From assembly GCA_000165425.1 (NCBI GenBank), contig CT868207.1, forward strand, positions 682,001-746,000: 64,000 bases of DNA, given 5' to 3'. A program made the translations under genes and the position numbers. The notes beneath the pieces are model-generated. The model was not told the origin of the DNA. It searched no databases and saw only the letters and a program-made list of their open reading frames with translations. This document shows, in pieces, positions 55,264-64,000 of this stretch (its first letter is position 1; each line of letters starts with the position of its first letter). Source of the stretch: Paramecium tetraurelia. Taxonomy: Eukaryota.

Positions 55264-56848
55264 ATGAAAAATAAAGCCAACTCTTAAATCCCATTTCCAG
55301 TAGCCTATAATAAAATGAACCATTTCCAATTACCATTGCTAGGGAAGAAGAAAAGAAAGGCTCATACAAAAAACCCCTTCAAAACAAAAATCTATTACAT
55401 TCCTGATGACACTGTTATGAGAGTGAAATGTCTAGACGGGTTCTTGATGATCAACGTAACCAATAATGATAATCCTCATGAAATTATCAGAGCAAATTTA
55501 TCAAGTTTAGTATTGGCATAACTTATTTAGGACTCCGTATATAAAGCAGTAAACCTGAAGACTTTCAATATTTTCTAAATCTACAAGATTTGGATGTTTC
55601 TGAGAATTCATTATAATTGGAAGATTTAACCTCATTCCCAGCATTGAAAAATTTAAAGATTTGTGCTAACAACATTAGAAATATTGAAATCACTCACAAG
55701 AATACATTTGAGTCACTGTAACATCTTGATTTATCATTTAACTATTTAAATAAGGAAGCCATAAGTTCATTAAAAAATATTACAGAATTAAAGGAACTTT
55801 ATTTAGTTAGAAATGAATTACTTGAATTGCCAATCGATATGGCAGAGTTTACAAAGTTAGAATTGTTAGACATAAGTGATAATGCATTTTAATCCAATTA
55901 GACTGCTTCAGTCTTATGGGAAGTCTTAGGCTAGATACCTGAACTTAAAACACTTAATATAAGTAAGAATTTCTTAAGGGGAATTCATACTGAAAGGCTG
56001 GTTGTTGGATATTTCAATAAATTAGAAACTTTAGATTTCTCCTATAATATTGCTGAAAACTAACATAACTTAATATGTGCTCGTAATTTTACTAATCTCA
56101 AGAAAATTATTATTACTGGAAATCCATTTGGAATTACTAGAGATCATCAAGGTCTAGAAATGGAAATTCATGCTAGAACTGGAGGTATTTTAATAAATGA
56201 GGAGATTGAAAAATCCTATCTTAAGAAACCAAAGGTTAAGAGACCTCCCTGTAAATTTGAATAATTAAAGAGAGTTGAAAATGATATTCTAAAATTGCCA
56301 GTTATTGAATAATCTAAAGATGGACTCTTATTAAATAATGAGGAGGAATAATCTCAAATTGATGAGAACTAGGAGGACAATATGTTTGTAACTGAAAATT
56401 AACAAATTAAATAACAATAATAAAAATTATAATAACAATATTAATTATTAAGCAACAATTAAAAACCATCAACATATGAAGAATTCAAAAAATTAGCTTA
56501 AGAAATATTAGGTGATAGCAAAGAGTATGATTAAAATTAAAATTCATCTGGTAGACCAGTATTAGACTTAACAAAAGCATATCAACAACTTAAAAGTGTT
56601 ATCAATAAACCAGAAGTTGTGGATTATGAAGATTATAAAGAGCCTAATTATATGAAACCTACAGCAAGTATTCCAAGATATAAATATTAATGTATTAAAT
56701 ATCCTTATTTCTAATAGAAGTGGATGATCCTGAAGACGAAAGCATTTAAAAAAGAACTGATAATAACAACCTCAATTCAGAAGAGAATGAAGATTTCAAT
56801 CTTGAATTATTATAGCAAGGATAAAACTAAACACAAATTTAATAATGA
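55264..56848 (+). CDS. XRRA1-like leucine-rich repeat protein
   Basis: LDGFLM...LDVSENSL...FPALKNL...LDLSFNYL LRR series, ITGNPF. Confidence 0.75.
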
Positions 56849-57119
56849 CCAGATACCTGATTATTTGATATTTTTACAATTCAAATTATTAATTTCAATA
56901 TCATTTAATATTAAATAAGTAAGAGTTCAATGTGCTAATTCTTAAACAAAAATTATAAATAAATATCAATAGTTCTTTCATAATTAATACAATCTATTAG
57001 ACAAATGCACACATTAAATCTTTAAAAGTATTCAATTTTTAAAAACTTCTTATATAAAGATTGTAAGTCATCATATTATGTAAATTGTAATACAAAAAAA
57101 TTAATAACATATTTTTAAT

Positions 57120-57721
57120 ATGCTTAATTATCTTATAAGGATGTAGAGATTTTCTGTCAAGATAATAAAAGAGAATATTGTCAAATTAGTAGATGTTGAT
57201 GCTATTGTAAATGCGGCTAACTAAGAATTACTTCCTGGAGGTGGAGTTTGTGGTGCAATATTCTAAGCTGCGGGAAGAGAATTGGAGAGGGAATGCTAAT
57301 AATATATTTAGCAATATGGAATTGTACCCACATCTAAATTAGCTGTTACAAGTAGCTGTTAACTAAAAAAAAATAACATAAAATATATCATTCATGCAGT
57401 TGGTCCAAAATACTTTTAGTCTTCGAGTCCAGAAGATGAATTGCAAATCTGTGTAAACAATATGTATTTTGTTTCCATAAATATAAAACTAGTCTCAATT
57501 AATCATTCAATGTATTGGAATTGAAATCGGTTGCTATTCCAGCTATTTCAAGTGGAATTTACGGGTTTCCAAAAGGGTTGTGTGCATAGATATTTAAGCT
57601 TGTTATTGAAGAATATCAAAAGGATACATCAAATAAATAGGGGGAGATCATTTTATGCAATTTTGATTAAGAAACTACAACAATATTTCAAAAAGTATTC
57701 TAGTAATAAAACTCATTTTGA
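57120..57721 (+). CDS. Stand-alone MacroD-type macrodomain protein (putative ADP-ribosylhydrolase)
   Basis: DAIVNAANQELLPGGGVCGAIFQAAG, YIIHAVGP, VAIPAISSGIYGFP; one intron 57464-57492. Confidence 0.92.
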
Positions 57722-58360
57722 TACCATCTATAATTATATGTGTTTAAATATTTTTATATAAATTTATTAATTTTAATGTCCTAGAATTTAAATCTAAGAG
57801 ATAATGTCTATATCTTGAAATAATTGATTGTTAAATTAAAATATTATTGTAAAGATGATATTTTATAAAAAGGAGAAATTTTTATAAAATCTTAATGAAT
57901 TAAACTTGAATTAAGAAGAAATCTATGATTTCTAATAATAATCTTCTTTTTAAACAGGAAGAAATAATAAAACCCTTATTTCCAATAGTCTTTAAAAGTA
58001 AAAAGGTTAAAAATTCATGAAATAATTTGCTTCTAATTTTTTGAATATTTTTATTAATTGATTAATCAACTTATGTTTTGTCTTAAAGTCTTTAATAATA
58101 TTTTACAAATCACTATTAAACTCATCAAAGATTTCATTGTTCTAGGCTTAATTAGATTTAAAAATATAAATGGATAATAAATTCTAACAGATTTCTAAGA
58201 TTGAGTTAATTTTCTATATTTATTACTATCAATAAATAAAAATCATGATTTATGGAAAATAAATTTTGCACAATTAGAATTCTTCAAAATATTTGAAAAT
58301 GAAATGGATGCTAATTTAAAATTAAATAATTAAATTAGTATAATTTGATAATTATTCAAA

Positions 58361-60182
58361 ATGGGAAATAACTAATCTTAAAAGAACTAAACGAAATCTA
58401 AAAAGAAGGACCCTCTTCTTTTTTTGTTTGGGAATAACAAAAAGCAAATGTATTATGAGATAAAATTATTTTTTTAGTATTTTCTCTAAGTTATCATTGA
58501 AAACATTGTCTTTATTAACCAGTTTTTTGACGATTTAAGAGTACCATAATATTTTGTTAACTTCAAAAGCAACCTACTAATTGTTTATACAGACATCAGG
58601 TTGTTTTCAAATAGAATGCTAAAGACTTTTAAATGTTAAGGGAGATCTAATAATATCATAAAATTGGAAAAAAATCATCTAAAGCATTGTGTTCATTCCA
58701 ATTAGAGGAATACCTTTTAGTGATGCAATAAAAAGTGTTCGACACCAAATAAAGCAAATTCCAATAATAATAGAACAAAAAGTTTATTATAGCGGATTTT
58801 AGAAAGCCATTCTATATTTTTAAAACAAATCAAATGATTAAAAGTTTTCATTTAATGAATATTAAGAATCCATAGAATTTGCCAATAAAAATTCAGATTT
58901 AATTTTGAAGCTTAGGCAAGGATTGGAAGTATATATATAATTACCACAATTGTTGATGTAGATTTACAATTTGCATGATTATATAAAAATATATAGTCTT
59001 TATTTGGAAATCAAATTTTAAAAATGTAATCTGTAATAGTTTATTGAACTTTGGCATCATTATGCAGGATGGATAAGTATATTGGAATAAGAAACAGCAC
59101 GTTTGATTGTTTAATTTAATAATATCATTGATGCTACTTTCCCTTAATATAGATTACCCAACTATACAGTTAGATAATTTATGGTGAGTTAATGGTTGAA
59201 AAAATCAGATAGAGGAGAAATCATAGTTATGTTAAGAGAGGAATTTAGATTAAAAATGATTGAAAGCAGAAATAAAAATATTAAATTCCAAGAATTAAGA
59301 GACTATGTTTAATACTTAATTGACATTAGTACAAACTAAACAAATATACATTAATACGGATATTATAATTTTGAATATTGTGAAGAATTAAATAAATTGG
59401 TTCAATTGGCAGTAGATTTGAGTCCTTTGTTGACAATCGATTATAAAACTGATGAAAATATGCTGATCTATATATTTGGTTAATACATCTACGATTATTA
59501 CATATTTGAATTGTTATCCACTTTTAGAATTGAATAATTCAAATAATAAATAAGAGAGCATTAGTAATCAAGTCAAAAAATGACTAAACTCGTAACTAAA
59601 CATCTTGAAGATTTGTCACTCTCCAGTAATAATCTCTTTGAAAATTAAATATAGGGATTTAATTATCATATGTCTATGTAATATAATGTCTAATTTAAAA
59701 TACGATCCTTGTTCAAATAAATATCTTATTTAGATGAAGATATTTGCTAAACTTCAGAGAATATTTAACCTGAGAGTTTAGAGATATCACAAATATCTTT
59801 TGCATCTACTAATTGTAGTTCAATTTTGTCAAGCATCAAAAATAATGATTAGGCCTATCATTATGTCAAAAATTACTAATAAGAACTTTTTCATAATATT
59901 GAACTATTTTATCAAAAGGAACTTGCTATTAGTCAATATATACAGGATGCTGAACCGAGAAATACTTTTATATACGATATTCCTGAATTAGGGTAGTATC
60001 TTGATTTGCAATTTACATAAATAATGGATTTATTTTAAAATAAGTAGTAACGATCAATTGCAAATCCGTAATCTGAAAAACGATTAACAATGTCGATTTT
60101 TAATTAATCAATGAATCAACAGTAAATTTGCACTAAGGAACTCTCCTAAGCTGAATAACTGTTGATCAATTTTCTTAAATGA
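58361..60182 (+). CDS. Hypothetical protein with F-box-like and cullin-repeat-like segments
   Basis: MGNNQS start; LSLLTSFLTIQEYHNILLTSK; FIELWHHYAGWISIL; long open frame after one intron. Confidence 0.6.
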
Positions 60183-60279
60183 TACTTTATTTTTGTAAAA
60201 TAATATATAATTAGAATTATTTTTTATTCTTATATGCAATTGGGTGAAAGAACCTATAGATTATATAAAATGCTTTAAG

Positions 60280-60870
60280 TCAAAATAAATTGGTAGTGGA
60301 CTCGTCTTTTGTTTACCAAGCATTTAATTCATTCCATTATTCAGAATTTCTAACTCTTTGTTTCAACATTGGCGTATACCTTCGTACTAATGGCTAAGGA
60401 GTTGCTGCAGTGCTTCTATCAAACTTTTCTATAGCATCAGTAGGATATCTAAAATAACACTTTCTTAGCCCACTGGAGTGTCTAGGTTGATTTAGGAAGA
60501 AGGGATTTTTTTCACTTGAATTTACCATTCTTTATAACCCTGACATATTTAAAACATGAGATTCCTTTAATTCTTCTAAAATTAATTTTCCATGTTAATC
60601 TGTAAACATATCATGAGGGGATTATTATCTATTATCCTTAAAGATTCTTATTAGTTTCGATTTGAGAGATTGGATTTTAGTATGCATTTGATGCGTTTCT
60701 TTCAACTTGATAACTCTATTTTTAGTGTATGCCGAAAATAATGTTTCTTATGGCTGCAGATTGCTATACCGACTATGGATTTTATTAGATTTAGGTTCTT
60801 CACTGAAATTTAACTCGAAAATGTTTTGCTTTTTTAATCTGAAAGCTTTCTCTGGGGTTAGATTACGCAT
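60280..60870 (-). CDS. Hypothetical basic 196 aa protein
   Basis: Open frame MRNLTPEK...ELNAWQTKDESTTNLF*. Confidence 0.6.
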
Positions 60871-61259
60871 TGAATAATTTTTAAATATAATAATATTTAA
60901 TGTTCAAATCATTTCTTGATAATAACATTTAGTTCCCATAGTTATTAAATTTATTTTCTTTTTTAAATTTATGAATTCATTCTAAATTGTTAACATTTAT
61001 ATGTTAATAGAAATTAAATTGTTATTTGAGTTTAAATTATCTACCAGTTATATTTATTTGTTAAAGTTAATTTATTTTACATATAAATATTAAATCTATC
61101 ATAAAATATCAATATAAGATATCAGTTTTAGCTAAATAAGTGTTTCTTTGATTAAGCTTTTGATGACGATTTTCTTATAAATTGATGTTACTCAATATAT
61201 TTTAAAATTTTGTGCTGGAATTTATTCATAAAATATTAATTATTTTATAAAATTCACAC

Positions 61260-62998
61260 ATGTCTTAGCCTTACGTCCCTTAGGAATTCAATAAAGAGGA
61301 TGAAGAATTAAAATGTCATCCATCTTAGAGTGGGTCGACTGCAACTCCAACACTATTTGAGAATACTAATACAGCAAAAGCTTTTAGTACAGCGTTTTTT
61401 GAAGATCAACTACATTAAGAAGGTTATTATAATTCCATATATCTTAATAGATGATCTATTTGATGAAATAAACTAATAATTAAACTAGGTGTTGATTAAT
61501 GACACCTATAGACCTTCTCTTGTCTCAGCATTTTAAGCTGACATGTATTATTGAACTGAAAATCTAATAGGTCATCCTACCTAAGTCACGAGAAGTTGAC
61601 CAAAAATTCCAGAAAAATGTAATTGGAGTACTAAAATGCCAATTTAAAAGAAAAAGAATATGTATTCAATACATATGTAAGAGCTGATATAGAAAATATA
61701 AGTTTGGATAAGTATAGGCATTTTTTGCTTGAGAAAATACTAGAAGTTGGTATCTATTAATAAAAATACTTTAAGGTCCTCCTTCTCATAAAAATGTAAT
61801 ACTTGATAGAATATTTTAATCAATAAATAAGTTAATAAAAGATCTATACGCTTGTAAAGTAATGTAAAAGGGATTAGAAATGATGATCTCACATCCTAAT
61901 GATTCTCCTTATTAATTAGAGAATTACTTAAATTTCATCCACTCTGATACACCTTAAATGAAAAAAATTTATGTGGACAAAATTGCAAATCAAATTATTC
62001 AAAAAAGTCTTGAAGTTTTGGAAGGGAATCATTTATATAAACTTCTTTAAGTGGTTTCAAAATACGTATTATAATAACACAATTCATAGGTTCTCAACAA
62101 CAACAATGAAAAATTCGAATTATCAACAGATTAATATGGATGCTTAATTGTGAATAAGATAATTGATATATATCCTAAATTATTCGATGCTTAAACAAAG
62201 ACTTTATGCAATGAGATAATAACAAGAGCAATTGAAAATAGTTCTGGCCTGACTAGAAGATAATTTGCTAATTATATTATTTAATCAATATTGGAGAAAG
62301 GGTAAGAGGTTCATAAAAGATTGTTGATGGATCAGTATCTCATTAAAGATTTTATACCAATGTCTATGGATAAATACGGTAGCAATGTAGCAGAAAAAGC
62401 CATAGTTTATGGAGGTTCTTAATGGAGAACAAGGTTATGGGAAGAAGTAACAGTCTCAGAAAGGTAGTATCTATCCTTATGATTATAGTTCTTTTAAGAA
62501 ATTGGTCAATGATTAGTTTGCAAATTATCCGATTCAAAGACTATTTGAATATTTAGATTAACCATTAAGACAGGAGTATTTGGCATTACTAAATAAATTT
62601 TCAGATAATAACTAATTAAATAATCATGGATAGATTGTGTTAAAGTTTGCATAAGCAAATTATAATGTTAAAAGATATACTTAAAAGATATTATAGACTG
62701 AAAAGAACAAGCAAATCAAAAATAGTTAGAAAAATTAAAATTAAAAATCATAAACTAAAAATTAAAATTTAACTAATAATCCTCAAAATTAGTAATAAAT
62801 TGACAATGGATTTAAATAAATGTAATAAGAATAGTTTTAAGTTATGATGATGTAATAGATGATGTATTATTAATAATAATAACAGTTGTTATTGCAAAAA
62901 CAGATGCCATAATTATATTATTAAGATTAAAATTATCTTCATTATGGAGCAATGAATTAAGAGTAATAAATGATGATGTTTCGTTGGTAATAATAATA

Positions 62999-63036
<38 letters not shown>

Positions 63037-63071
63037 TTAATCAAAATATGAACTAAAAGAATGGATAATGA
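61260..63071 (+). CDS. Pumilio/PUF RNA-binding protein with poly-Q tail
   Basis: PUF repeats DKIANQIIQK, DQYGCLIVNK, QFANYIIQ, DKYGSNVAEK, DQFANYPIQR. Confidence 0.9.
62988..63029 (+). repeat. (TAA)n microsatellite encoding poly-Gln
   Basis: Tandem taa/tag triplets in frame in the PUF C-terminus. Confidence 0.85.
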
Positions 63072-63507
63072 ACTGATAATCTATGTTAAATATAATATAT
63101 ATTTTAATTTAAACATTATATCCTTGAAATGCTACTTTTTTATACCTAAAATTATCTTTAAAATATTTAAGGATCATTTTTTTTAATCTAAATTATTCAC
63201 ATAAGAAATTGAGTTACTATTTTTTTTAATTAGATATTGCTTACAAATTAGATTGATCAGGAAGACTCTATGTATGTTTAATCTATAATTATTATTGAAA
63301 TCTTTCCAAAGAAAATAAGATTATTGGAATTACAGAATTTCATAGATTGAGTATGAAATTGATTCTTTATTTCTTGAAAGCTGTGTCTTAATGCTCTTCG
63401 ACCCTTAAACTAATAGGTTTTGAGAAAAAAAGATCATAAATATCATGTTCATTAGTTTTCAAGACAGGTCAATTTTTGCGCTTGTTATATTATTATTTAA
63501 AATTTAA

Positions 63508-64000
63508 ATGAGTTAGGAGATTTCAAAAGAAATATTAGCACTCTCAATTCATGTTGCAGCAGCCACATCTGCGATTACAATACAAACTCAATAAAGAATG
63601 ACTTTAGTGACAAATAGTGTATTAGAGACTGTGGGTTAAACAATGAAGATAATAAATTTCTTAATGTCTTGCTCTTAGAAACAGTCACACTTAGAAGCAG
63701 TTATAGAAGAACAAGAAGATGACGGCTAGAAGGATTCAAAAACAAAGGATTGTTTAAATGAATAGTTCTTCAAAACTGTATAAGCTGATTGTTTTAATGA
63801 TGAAGTGATGGAAAATTAGAAGTAGAAAGAAAATTGTCCTACAGACATAATCTTGAGACAGGCAAGTGAGTTGAAAGGATAAAGTATATTGAAATCAAAT
63901 AATATTTTCTCAGCAGAATATCCAAAATGCTATGTTAAGCAAGTTGAAAATTTAACACCAATTTAGATAAGAAAACCATCTTTATTGTCTTAGCAACTTT
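63508..64000 (+). CDS. Hypothetical protein, 3' partial
   Basis: MSQEISKEILALSIHVAAATSAI... open to the end of the window. Confidence 0.6.

Noticed and set aside
1..64000. Frequent in-frame TAA/TAG in every gene, suggesting mass pseudogenisation or readthrough
   Set aside because: Standard ciliate nuclear code (TAA/TAG = Gln); conserved motifs read through them
1..64000. Telomeric repeats, IES/transposon remnants, CRISPR arrays, tRNA/rRNA
   Set aside because: None recognised; genes are uninterrupted, as expected for macronuclear DNA

Overview
AT-rich, gene-dense ciliate macronuclear DNA, almost certainly Paramecium (P. tetraurelia-like). TAA/TAG read as Gln, TGA is the only stop, introns are 20-31 nt GT-AG and intergenic gaps are often under 50 bp. 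The supplied ORF track uses the wrong code and fragments nearly every gene, so I re-translated by hand with the ciliate code; boundaries are manual. About 35 protein genes are present, including an FCP1-type phosphatase, epiplasmin, AGC/CK1/CAMK-like kinases, a 9.5 kb InsP3R-type Ca2+ release channel, CTP synthase, an SR/RSZ splicing factor, a hybrid histidine kinase, pyrophosphatase, RSP3, nucleoside hydrolase, AK7, syntaxin 16, XRRA1 and a PUF protein. Most notable: (1) a ~1065 aa Macro-pseudokinase-Macro-Macro-Macro protein plus a nearby stand-alone macrodomain gene, with all five macrodomains carrying the same phase-2 intron; (2) a 77 nt intron with a hairpin and an internal alternative 3' splice site that splits the Zn knuckle of the SR protein; (3) a shortened selectivity filter in the InsP3R-type channel. 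No rRNA, tRNA, transposon or telomeric repeat was recognised.
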